From the IMG/VR virus record IMGVR_UViG_3300014911_000001, positions 96,001 through 160,000 of that record: 64,000 bases of DNA; one strand, given 5' to 3'. Below the pieces are notes generated by a model that made no database searches, was not told the DNA's origin, and worked only from the letters and a program-made list of their open reading frames with translations. This DNA is from a virus. Shown here piece by piece: positions 1-8,291 of the stretch. Positions within the stretch are counted from its first letter, which is position 1. Every line of letters starts with the position of its first letter. The translations under genes and the position numbers were made by a program.

Positions 1-363
1 ATCAGGCCACAGACAAATCTGTACATTCCAGAGTCTGTGTTTGTATTGCAATTTGGGCTTGTTTTAAACCCGGGGATCATCAAAAGGTTACCATTGGATT
101 TACATGAGGGGGACATAATTTTGCGGGCTGCATGGAAGGCCGACCTTATACGAACATGTAGTGGTGAATATGTTAAGTCTGCTGATTATATTGATATAGA
201 TGTACCAGATGTGCCGGGCTTCATCATCAAACCAGATGACTATCTAAAGCTAGTTTATCATAGAGACATTATAGCAATTTTCGATGATGTTGATGATTGG
301 GTAAAATTTGTTAAACATTTAAGCAAGATGGAGGGAAACTATGGGAATCAGTGTACCAAATAA
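1..363 (+). CDS. Hypothetical protein (5'-partial; frame open from base 1)
   Basis: Frame 1 has no stop from position 1 to TAA at 361-363; overlaps the next gene. Confidence 0.7.
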   Translation: MRPQTNLYIPESVFVLQFGLVLNPGIIKRLPLDLHEGDIILRAAWKADLIRTCSGEYVKSADYIDIDVPDVPGFIIKPDDYLKLVYHRDIIAIFDDVDDWVKFVKHLSKMEGNYGNQCTK

Positions 364-694
364 TGTTAGGGATGAGATGGAACGGGAGCGCCGTGAAAAG
401 ATTGTGAAGCACGCGCTCCTTGGTGAGTTGATGCCTATTATGATTGATCTTACGCGTCTGGTTACTGAGATACGTCATATACGTAACAAAGATGGTGATG
501 ATGCACCGCATCCTCATGTGAAAGATGATGTGCTTAATAAAATTGATTCATTGGTTGAGTTATTCTTTACGACATATACTGACTTTATGAAGACTTATAT
601 CAATGATATTGATGGTCTTGCGCGTAGTGCGCTTGAGCGTATGATGCAGGAGAGTATGACAATGGGGCCGGGGCCTCGCATACCACGAGAGTAA
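341..694 (+). CDS. Hypothetical protein (helical)
   Basis: 117-aa ORF, GGAGG upstream, tightly coupled to neighbours. Confidence 0.75.
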   Translation: MGISVPNNVRDEMERERREKIVKHALLGELMPIMIDLTRLVTEIRHIRNKDGDDAPHPHVKDDVLNKIDSLVELFFTTYTDFMKTYINDIDGLARSALERMMQESMTMGPGPRIPRE

Positions 695-695
695 T

Positions 696-1040
696 ATGAA
701 ACTATGTAATGGATACTACATAGGTGAGATCATTGATGATGGATCTGTTGCGCAGCGTACTGATATTATTGTGCCATTTGGTGAACTATCATATTTGTTA
801 AAAGTGCGCATTAAGTGGAAGGCATCATCTGCTTTGGTATATTCAAGGAGACAGGACAAGTATATTGACCTACCAGTTTCAGTTAATGTTGGTGATGAGG
901 TGTTGGTTCTGAGGTTTGATACGCAGCCTCTCGCTTTACGTGGTACCAATGAGCCGCGCTTCGTTATCGGTAGGTTGGTAGACATCTTGGGAGTATATGG
1001 GAATAAGAACAATATTGGCGAAAATAAAGAAGCGCGATGA
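696..1040 (+). CDS. GroES/Cpn10-like co-chaperonin
   Basis: Size and pattern match GroES: mobile-loop-like TDIIVP, then PVSVNVGDEVLV and C-terminal VDILGV (cf. GIILP..., P.xVKVGDxVL, xDILAV). Confidence 0.7.
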   Translation: MKLCNGYYIGEIIDDGSVAQRTDIIVPFGELSYLLKVRIKWKASSALVYSRRQDKYIDLPVSVNVGDEVLVLRFDTQPLALRGTNEPRFVIGRLVDILGVYGNKNNIGENKEAR

Positions 1041-1491
1041 GGCTGCTAATTATGATTATAAATACGAGAAAAAATATGGAATCCTGAGACGTAAAGGGCG
1101 CAAGTGGGATTCGGAACAGGAACGTATATTATATAGTATATTAAGGCAGATATATACAGGTCGTAAGATCTTTAACCATGTTCGTTTTGAGGAAGCGCCG
1201 ACCCTTGAGTATGATTTTTTTATACCTGATGAATTCCTTGTTATTGAATATAACGGTCAGGAGCATTACTGTGTCGTTGAAGGTATGACCGTGTATGACT
1301 TCTATGGTCGTGTGTATCGCGATCGTTGTAAATTGAATAATGCTTGCAAGCGTGGTTATACATACATACCCATTCCATTCGATATAGGTCTTACTGTTGG
1401 TATAGTAAAGAAGTGGATTGATAGTGGGTGGGATAAGGAAAAGGTAATACAACATTATCTTGAGTACTACGAAAAAAACAAATTCGGATAA
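997..1491 (+). CDS. Vsr/DUF559-like PD-(D/E)XK endonuclease (free-standing, possibly homing)
   Basis: SEQE...LEYDFFIP..LVIEYNGQEHY...RDRCK...GYTYIPIPF motif series typical of Vsr-like endonucleases. Confidence 0.8.
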   Translation: MGIRTILAKIKKRDEAANYDYKYEKKYGILRRKGRKWDSEQERILYSILRQIYTGRKIFNHVRFEEAPTLEYDFFIPDEFLVIEYNGQEHYCVVEGMTVYDFYGRVYRDRCKLNNACKRGYTYIPIPFDIGLTVGIVKKWIDSGWDKEKVIQHYLEYYEKNKFG

Positions 1492-2107
1492 GCTTGCGCG
1501 GGCTTATGATGAAACAATCCAGCGTGTCTGGGATACATTCTTCCCTGGTGTTGATATTGATGTTGTTGTTGGTATGAGGGATGCTGCATCTGTTGCCAAG
1601 CTACCTATCAAAAAGTGTACCCCGGCGTGTCCATTATATGATCAATGTGAGGTAAGGAAGAAGTATTCGCCATCGTATTGCCCTATGGAGTTTGTTAAGT
1701 TCTTTGAGCAGTTGACTAACATGGCAAAAGAGCTTGATATTGATCCTGATAATGTAGTTGAGGCATCGCGTGTATTGGATTACCAGTTGTTATCTCTTAT
1801 ACAGGATGCGATATTGGAAAAGATACAGCATAATGGGGTGAGTCAGTATGTTCCTGTTGTATCGGGGGAGGGTGTTATAGCGGAGGTTGAGGAGGTATCA
1901 CCGTTTGTGAAGACGCTTATGGAGATTGCGAAGTTGAAAGGTAAGATACTAGAGGAATTTTTAGCAACGCGTCAGTCGAAGAAAAAATTTGGTGAGGGTG
2001 AGGATAGTGATCCCGCGCGCTACTTATCAGGTTTGCCTGTTGTTGATGCGGAGATTGAGGATGTAGATACTGAGAAGAAGGATGATGATGATAAAAAAGC
2101 AGATTAA
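1460..2107 (+). CDS. Putative terminase small subunit (Cys-rich Zn-binding N-terminus)
   Basis: CxxxCxxxxxC...CP cluster, helical core, acidic tail; lies upstream of TerL; positional inference. Confidence 0.5.
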   Translation: MSTTKKTNSDKLARAYDETIQRVWDTFFPGVDIDVVVGMRDAASVAKLPIKKCTPACPLYDQCEVRKKYSPSYCPMEFVKFFEQLTNMAKELDIDPDNVVEASRVLDYQLLSLIQDAILEKIQHNGVSQYVPVVSGEGVIAEVEEVSPFVKTLMEIAKLKGKILEEFLATRQSKKKFGEGEDSDPARYLSGLPVVDAEIEDVDTEKKDDDDKKAD

Positions 2108-2612
2108 AATATTAGAGGGACTTGCCAAGTCAGGTAAGGAATTTGTCAGGCGTTTTGGACAGTTCTTGCGTGGTTCACATAATTTAGAGCCGCTGGTTGA
2201 GTTACCCGCGAAGACATTTAGGAAGCCGCCGCCTCTGCTTCTGTTCAAGAGATCGGCGGGCTTAATAGAAACGAATATTGTTAAACCTAAGTTGGTAAGA
2301 TCTACGGTAAGACGGTTGGAATATGCTATGACCCAAGATGTAATTAAGCGGATGCGGCAGAAGCTTAATTATAAGTTTTTGAAGAATAAGGTCGTACCGT
2401 TGACCAAAAATGTAAGAAGGGCGCGGCTTTGCACATCTTATAAACTTATAAGACCAAAATCGACAGGAAGGCATATACGTGATGTGATGTCTATACAAGG
2501 TGCAGGTATTGCTTGGGAGAATTTACATAAGCAGTCTTTAAATAAATTAGAGGCAACAAGGATAGGTTTTAGACCGAGGGTCAGGAAGCAATGGATAGGT
2601 TCGATCAGTTAA
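2082..2612 (+). CDS. Highly basic hypothetical protein
   Basis: K/R-rich 176-aa ORF overlapping both neighbours. Confidence 0.6.
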   Translation: MMMIKKQIKILEGLAKSGKEFVRRFGQFLRGSHNLEPLVELPAKTFRKPPPLLLFKRSAGLIETNIVKPKLVRSTVRRLEYAMTQDVIKRMRQKLNYKFLKNKVVPLTKNVRRARLCTSYKLIRPKSTGRHIRDVMSIQGAGIAWENLHKQSLNKLEATRIGFRPRVRKQWIGSIS

Positions 2613-3373
2613 ATTTATATGCGCAGCAGACTGATGAGTATTTCCTTCCCGAAGATAAATATAGACCGTTGCCGTGGAGGGTTGCTGCTAGTTATGTAGG
2701 TCTTGTTAAGTCACCTTTTACGGCAAGTATTGGTATTGGTAAGGCCTATGCTACCTTAGCAGGCACATCAATCTTATATCATTATGTGTATCGTCCCAAG
2801 ATATGGCGTACTGCTGTTAAGACGGGAGAACTTAAGTGGGTTGGTTTCCCGGGCTTCAGAGGATTTGCGCAGGGTCCACGTGGTGGTGTGATGCGCAAGA
2901 TGGGTCATTGGTTGTTTGGGCAGATGTTGAGACCTGTGTTGAGTACACAGGCTTATGATATGTATAGGAAGCGCGGCTTAATGGGTGTTGCCATGTATAT
3001 GAAGCAGGCTGGTAAGCCGGGTCTAGCGAGAAAGATTTATAAGGTTGCTCGTGTTTTGGGTGGTGGTACCATTAAGGTTGGACGTGTTGCTGCAAGCTTG
3101 GGTCGTACTGCTGCTTGGGGTATGCTTGCGTATGATGTTGTTCGTGGTGGTATAGCACTAGCAGGGGCGGCTATGAACCGCGGGCTTCGCATTCTGGATA
3201 GAGTGCATACTACATTAGTGCGTCTCAGGAGAAATCAATTACCGGAGGCCTATAGGATGCCTCAAGCGGCAACACTAAGGTCGTTGGCATTACAAGAGAT
3301 TCATACATCACGTACTAATGTAAGAAGTGTTTTACTGGGTAATGAGGCAGCTTATATGCATAGGGCATTATGA
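2591..3373 (+). CDS. Basic, Gly/Ala-rich hypothetical protein (possible internal virion protein)
   Basis: 260-aa ORF with amphipathic/hydrophobic helices; ends LGNEAAYMHRAL. Confidence 0.7.
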   Translation: MDRFDQLNLYAQQTDEYFLPEDKYRPLPWRVAASYVGLVKSPFTASIGIGKAYATLAGTSILYHYVYRPKIWRTAVKTGELKWVGFPGFRGFAQGPRGGVMRKMGHWLFGQMLRPVLSTQAYDMYRKRGLMGVAMYMKQAGKPGLARKIYKVARVLGGGTIKVGRVAASLGRTAAWGMLAYDVVRGGIALAGAAMNRGLRILDRVHTTLVRLRRNQLPEAYRMPQAATLRSLALQEIHTSRTNVRSVLLGNEAAYMHRAL

Positions 3374-3717
3374 GAGCATTACGTAGATTAAGGGAAATAT
3401 ATAATAGGCCGCAGATAGCACCACGGAATGTTTACCATTTTGTTGATCCTTTAGCTCGTGTCAAACGGTTACGGTTGTGGAGGGGTCGATTAGTTAACAG
3501 TCAAGGCAAAAAGGTTGTTAACAAGATTTTAACATCTATACAGCGCAGGAGGCCGCGGGCTTCAATGGCGTTGAGTCGTAAATTGCTAAAATTAACCAAA
3601 CGCAGCTGGATTGGATCGCGGCTTAGTCATTTTATGGTCTCAAAGGGGCGGCTTTGTAAGTGGGTTGGTGTATTAAATGTATTGAAGGATGCTATAAGAG
3701 TTAGGATGATAGCATGA
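3370..3717 (+). CDS. Highly basic hypothetical protein
   Basis: 115-aa R/K-rich ORF with ATGA overlaps at both ends. Confidence 0.6.
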   Translation: MRALRRLREIYNRPQIAPRNVYHFVDPLARVKRLRLWRGRLVNSQGKKVVNKILTSIQRRRPRASMALSRKLLKLTKRSWIGSRLSHFMVSKGRLCKWVGVLNVLKDAIRVRMIA

Positions 3718-4439
3718 CAACGCAGATAATAAAAAGTTTACGCTCCCAAGTTTTTATACCGCCGTCGTTGCAGGAAATGGAGCATATTGCTACACGTATG
3801 CGACATTTTACACAGTTGAAGCAGGCACGTAGCGCGTTCCAGCGGGCGTGGAGTTTCGCACGCAAGACTGGTTTAGGAGCTGAGTATATTGCAGCAGCGC
3901 GCCCATATATTTTAGGTAAGTATTGGAAAGCTGTAACTGGAATATCAGGTGGTTATAAAGGTAAGGTATGGGCTGAGGAGGTTTTTAAAACGCTGAGTAC
4001 GCACTATGCTAGGTTTACAAGGGCGCCATTAACCACAACTATGGGTGTGCGTCAGGGATTGCGTACACCATTACTTGTATCGGAGTCGATTTTAGGTAAG
4101 CGAGTTATATCATTGAAATCTGTTGCTGGTGCTGCAGCGGCTTCCCGTGCTGCTGCACAGGCTGGTGCTATAGGCGCTGCAAAGGGAGTAACAAATAGGG
4201 TAATGAGGAATCGTTTATTGAAGCGTATTGCCCAGGGAACATTTAAGTTTGCACAGACCAAAACAGGCGCATTTACAGCTGCTGTGCTCGGCGGGCTTAT
4301 AGCATTAACAATTGCTGGTGCAAGTTATGTAAGAAGGAATCCATCAGAGGTTGCTTTGGCCCAGCTTAGGCAGCGTAGGGCCACACGTTATCCAAGGGCG
4401 CCTTCTGGTTTGGTCTTTGCCCTACATGCAACAAGATAA
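3714..4439 (+). CDS. Basic hypothetical protein with a C-terminal transmembrane-like helix
   Basis: AFTAAVLGGLIALTIAGASYV hydrophobic segment; ends SGLVFALHATR. Confidence 0.7.
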   Translation: MTTQIIKSLRSQVFIPPSLQEMEHIATRMRHFTQLKQARSAFQRAWSFARKTGLGAEYIAAARPYILGKYWKAVTGISGGYKGKVWAEEVFKTLSTHYARFTRAPLTTTMGVRQGLRTPLLVSESILGKRVISLKSVAGAAAASRAAAQAGAIGAAKGVTNRVMRNRLLKRIAQGTFKFAQTKTGAFTAAVLGGLIALTIAGASYVRRNPSEVALAQLRQRRATRYPRAPSGLVFALHATR

Positions 4440-4440
4440 T

Positions 4441-6897
4441 ATGGAAGGGAAAAGGTTATCATTAAAAGAGCTAAGTGCTGATGAACTTTTGCGCATACGC
4501 AAATCCGCTTCTTACTTTGTTGAATTATTCCTGCGTGATCCAACCGACCCGCGCCGGCCTCTAAAACTCTACGATTACCAGCGTGAGGTTTTGGATTATC
4601 CCGGTAAGAAGGTTGTTATAAGAGGTGGCCGTGGTGTCAGTAAAACCACGATGATGGCATGGAAGGCATTACACCGTGCCTTCACGATACCAAGGCATGT
4701 TATTATTTATTTAGCACAATCGGAGACGATGCTGCTCAGATTTTTTACTGATTACCTTGACCGCTTCATTACAGATTCACCTCTAAGTAAATCAAAGGTT
4801 GCCTACCGCAAGCAGCCTCAGTATGAGATTGTATTGAGTAATGAGTCAAAAATTTTGGGGTTTGTTGGTAATTCCACGCAGACAATCAGAGGCCCGCGGG
4901 CTGGTACCATTCTTATTGATGAATGTTTTCACGGTATGACGAAGGTCTTAACACAGCGCGGGCTTATTCCCATCAGTCGTGTTAGGGATGGTGATTATGT
5001 TCTTGATGCTGATAGCAAATGGGTGCGTGTTATCCGTGCTGCGATGACGGGTGTTAAAGAAATGTGGGTTATTGAGCTACCTATATCAGATGAAAAATTG
5101 GTTGTTACACCTAATCATCCTGTTTTAACAAAGGATTCAGGATTTCAGCCTCTTAATATAGTTGATGAGATACCGATTAGTTGTCGTTATTATGAGCCTT
5201 TTGAGTATCCTAAGGAAGCGGCGCTGGCGCTTATTTATGCACGATATATAAGCGAGCGTGAATCGCTTGTATTTAATAATGAAGGTGTGCGGCTTATTAT
5301 ATCTGGTTATCCCAGATTCCGCACATTTTATGAGCGTTTCACGGCGGGCAGACATATTAATCCTGTGCTTATTGAGAAGGATTTTATAGACGGAAAAATT
5401 GATCAGCGTCTTTTTGTATATTATCTAGCTGCATTTGTTAATAGATTTCCTAAGATTGTCATCGATTATCTGACGGGGTTGGGTTATAAGGTTATAGCGG
5501 GTTCGCTGGCTAGTGATGATGTACCTAGATATGAAAAGGAGATAGGTTTTCCATTTTTTGAGTCAGGATGGTCAACGATTGTAAAATTAGCTGATAAGTT
5601 GAACCGTGATCCTGTTGAGTTATATAAGGAAATGAATTGGTACAATACAGGCATATTTGTTCCTTATAAGAAGAAATCTACCATTAAGGCGGCGGCTTAT
5701 AACCTTACTACCGAATCGGGGACTTATTGTGTCTTTATTGGTGGATTCCGCATTCCTGTTCACAATTGTGATTATATACCTGAGCGTAAGTTTGTAGAGG
5801 TATTTGGTACAACAATGTCAATGGAGGATGTTGTTATATGGTTATCATCCACACCCAGTCCTAAGAGAGGTTACTTTTGGCGTGCGTGTAATGACGAACG
5901 CATGGGATTCAAGGAGTTTCATTTACCAAGTTGGTTGCATCCGACATGGACGTGGATGAAGGATGCTGAGAGGTTGGGCATACCTATCGAAGAGACAACA
6001 GAGTATCAAACTCGTGTTGAGTTTCCTAACCAAGCTGACTGGTTGCGTGAAATAGCCGCTGAGTTTGTCGATCTTGAGGAGAGTGCTATACCATCAAAAT
6101 ATATAGATGAAGCATTCCAGCATTATGACGGTGAGGTGAGCAGGAAGCGCGGCTTCCGCATCCTTGGTATCGATTGGAATGCGATGGCAGCAGGTGTTGT
6201 TATGGTGTTAGTAGAATACGATAATAAAAATAATGTATTTAGGGTTATCCATTCAGAAACGATTTCTAATGTTGAATATCATCACCAGAAGGCATTGCAA
6301 CGTATTGTTGAGATGGTTAAACAATATCGCATTGATGCTATTGCAGCTGATTGGGGTTATGGAGAAAGTGATATACAGCAGCTTCAGCTTATTGGTAGAG
6401 CTAAAGGGATTCGCGCGCTTACCGACATCATGGCCGTAAAGTTTAATGAAAAGATGAAGATACCGCTTTTTTCGGGTGGTTATGATGAATGCTATGCTAA
6501 GGAATACCTTATGCGGTTGGTCAGGAAGTTATTTGAGATGGGTGCTATCATGCTGCCTCCATCGGAGGATGAAAGGTTGCCTGAAAATTACGCTGATGCT
6601 ACGAATATGTTGGGATACCAGTTGCGTAATTTGCGTGCTAAGGTAACGGGGACCGGTCACCTTACCTATGTTGTTGAACCAGACCATAAATTTGCTGCAT
6701 TTTTGGCTGCTGTCTATGGATTTTATAGGACATTCCAACCGCGTATAGATCCGGTGCAGGGGCTTATTATTTATAATGATTTAGAACGGCAAGAACAGAA
6801 GTTGGATCATGTTCCTAGTATAACATTACAGCCGAAGAAGACACAGCGGTTTGTCCATAGAGTTACAAATAGGTATAAGCCAATAAGAACTGTATGA
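4441..6897 (+). CDS. terL: Terminase large subunit, intein-containing (ATG at 4441 preferred over the TTG at 4351)
   Basis: Q-motif LYDYQRE, Walker A GGRGVSKT, Walker B TILIDE, motif III SSTP, RNase H-like nuclease LGIDWN...DWGYG...DH. Confidence 0.95.
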   Translation: MEGKRLSLKELSADELLRIRKSASYFVELFLRDPTDPRRPLKLYDYQREVLDYPGKKVVIRGGRGVSKTTMMAWKALHRAFTIPRHVIIYLAQSETMLLRFFTDYLDRFITDSPLSKSKVAYRKQPQYEIVLSNESKILGFVGNSTQTIRGPRAGTILIDECFHGMTKVLTQRGLIPISRVRDGDYVLDADSKWVRVIRAAMTGVKEMWVIELPISDEKLVVTPNHPVLTKDSGFQPLNIVDEIPISCRYYEPFEYPKEAALALIYARYISERESLVFNNEGVRLIISGYPRFRTFYERFTAGRHINPVLIEKDFIDGKIDQRLFVYYLAAFVNRFPKIVIDYLTGLGYKVIAGSLASDDVPRYEKEIGFPFFESGWSTIVKLADKLNRDPVELYKEMNWYNTGIFVPYKKKSTIKAAAYNLTTESGTYCVFIGGFRIPVHNCDYIPERKFVEVFGTTMSMEDVVIWLSSTPSPKRGYFWRACNDERMGFKEFHLPSWLHPTWTWMKDAERLGIPIEETTEYQTRVEFPNQADWLREIAAEFVDLEESAIPSKYIDEAFQHYDGEVSRKRGFRILGIDWNAMAAGVVMVLVEYDNKNNVFRVIHSETISNVEYHHQKALQRIVEMVKQYRIDAIAADWGYGESDIQQLQLIGRAKGIRALTDIMAVKFNEKMKIPLFSGGYDECYAKEYLMRLVRKLFEMGAIMLPPSEDERLPENYADATNMLGYQLRNLRAKVTGTGHLTYVVEPDHKFAAFLAAVYGFYRTFQPRIDPVQGLIIYNDLERQEQKLDHVPSITLQPKKTQRFVHRVTNRYKPIRTV
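4924..5766 (+). mobile_element. Intein (281 aa) in TerL, inserted immediately after Walker B DE
   Basis: Starts CFHGMTKV, block B VTPNHPV, block F AYNLTT, ends VHN followed by +1 Cys; splicing restores TILIDE-CDY. Confidence 0.92.
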
Positions 6898-8291
6898 AAA
6901 TATATGTAAGTAACATAAGTGAGGATGATGTTATATCTTATGAGGGGCGGCGCAACCGTGTGCTTGTAGTTTATGAAGGTGGCCGCAAGGATGTTGTCTA
7001 TGCTGAGTGTGGTAATGGATTCATTGATGTTGATACTGATAGGCGTGATATAAAGAAGATCAAGGGTGTGTTAAAGGGCGGGCGCTTAATCGACATTGAT
7101 GTCCATGTGGACATGTTTGATTTTATACCTGATGTTGTAGAAAAACCCACCAGAGAGCGCAGACCTGCTGAACCCTTAAAGGTTGAGACGCCAGAAACGC
7201 TGACACCTGAGAAGGAGGAAGAACTAAAATTAGAAATGTTGGGGATTCTTACCAGCATTATCACCGGTTTACAGTATGCGCATAATTTGAAGACGTTAAA
7301 TGAGGTTGAAAAAGTATTGGATGAGAAGCTTGCCAATTTATGCGTTAAATTTGACCCATCAGAGCGTCCTATGCTAGTTAAATCATTGGCTTTTGTTCGC
7401 GGGTGTAAGGAAAATCAGGTTGGTAATTGCGCTTATGTTGAGGATTTTAATAGAGCAATGAATATTATTAATGCCGCGCCTATATTATTAACAGGTACGA
7501 ACCCTTTATTAATACCTGCTAGTGAAAAGGTTCCTCGTTATAAACTACCGGCGGGGCTTCCTCCGAACATCATAGCACGTAAAGATTTTTATAGGCAGTT
7601 AACAGTTGACAGAGATGTATCAACAAGTGCTATTGAGGATTTAAGGAGCGTTCAGCTTATTGATGTATGGCGTATTATGATCCTTAAGGCTAGTATTGAA
7701 TTTTTGAAGTTATTGCGTAGCATATTTAGTGTTCTAAGCAAGGTACCGGGGTTAAAAGCGATCCCTCATACACTTGATAAATGGATTGAAGAATTGGATA
7801 AACAGTTATCACATTATATAGATCCTCAAGGTGATGTATATATAGGTAATGAAGGATATGTACCACCATTAGATCAAATTTTGCGTGAGGAGGCAGGTTA
7901 TACTAATAATAATGATATAAATAATGCTTTAGGGGAATATACACAGTTTATGCAAGAACTTGGCAGGGGTAGCTCTGTAGGTATAGGTGGTGTTGAATCT
8001 TCTAATGCCTTAACATATGCTAATACCATTATTAAATTTTTTGCAGCTGAGTTCCCCAAGCAGTATCCTGATAAGATGCATTTATTGACAGCAAAGTATT
8101 ATTTACCGCAAGCCAAGGATAAGGTTATGGCGGCAATTGGTACTGATTGGATGCACTTATGTACCCCTGAGAGGAAGGCTATAATGCGTGAGATTGAAGC
8201 GGATCCGCGGCTTAACTTTTACTGGGGTACTCTTATTAACCGTTTAGAGTCCGAGGAGGGTGTCCATTGGGTGATGGAGGAGAATGGCTAA
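6894..8291 (+). CDS. Hypothetical protein (probably structural) between TerL and portal
   Basis: 465-aa ORF, ATGA-coupled to terL. Confidence 0.75.
   Translation: MKIYVSNISEDDVISYEGRRNRVLVVYEGGRKDVVYAECGNGFIDVDTDRRDIKKIKGVLKGGRLIDIDVHVDMFDFIPDVVEKPTRERRPAEPLKVETPETLTPEKEEELKLEMLGILTSIITGLQYAHNLKTLNEVEKVLDEKLANLCVKFDPSERPMLVKSLAFVRGCKENQVGNCAYVEDFNRAMNIINAAPILLTGTNPLLIPASEKVPRYKLPAGLPPNIIARKDFYRQLTVDRDVSTSAIEDLRSVQLIDVWRIMILKASIEFLKLLRSIFSVLSKVPGLKAIPHTLDKWIEELDKQLSHYIDPQGDVYIGNEGYVPPLDQILREEAGYTNNNDINNALGEYTQFMQELGRGSSVGIGGVESSNALTYANTIIKFFAAEFPKQYPDKMHLLTAKYYLPQAKDKVMAAIGTDWMHLCTPERKAIMREIEADPRLNFYWGTLINRLESEEGVHWVMEENG

Noticed and set aside
4351-4440. N-terminal extension of TerL from TTG 4351
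   Set aside because: It overlaps the upstream gene by about 90 nt; ATG 4441 directly follows that gene's stop
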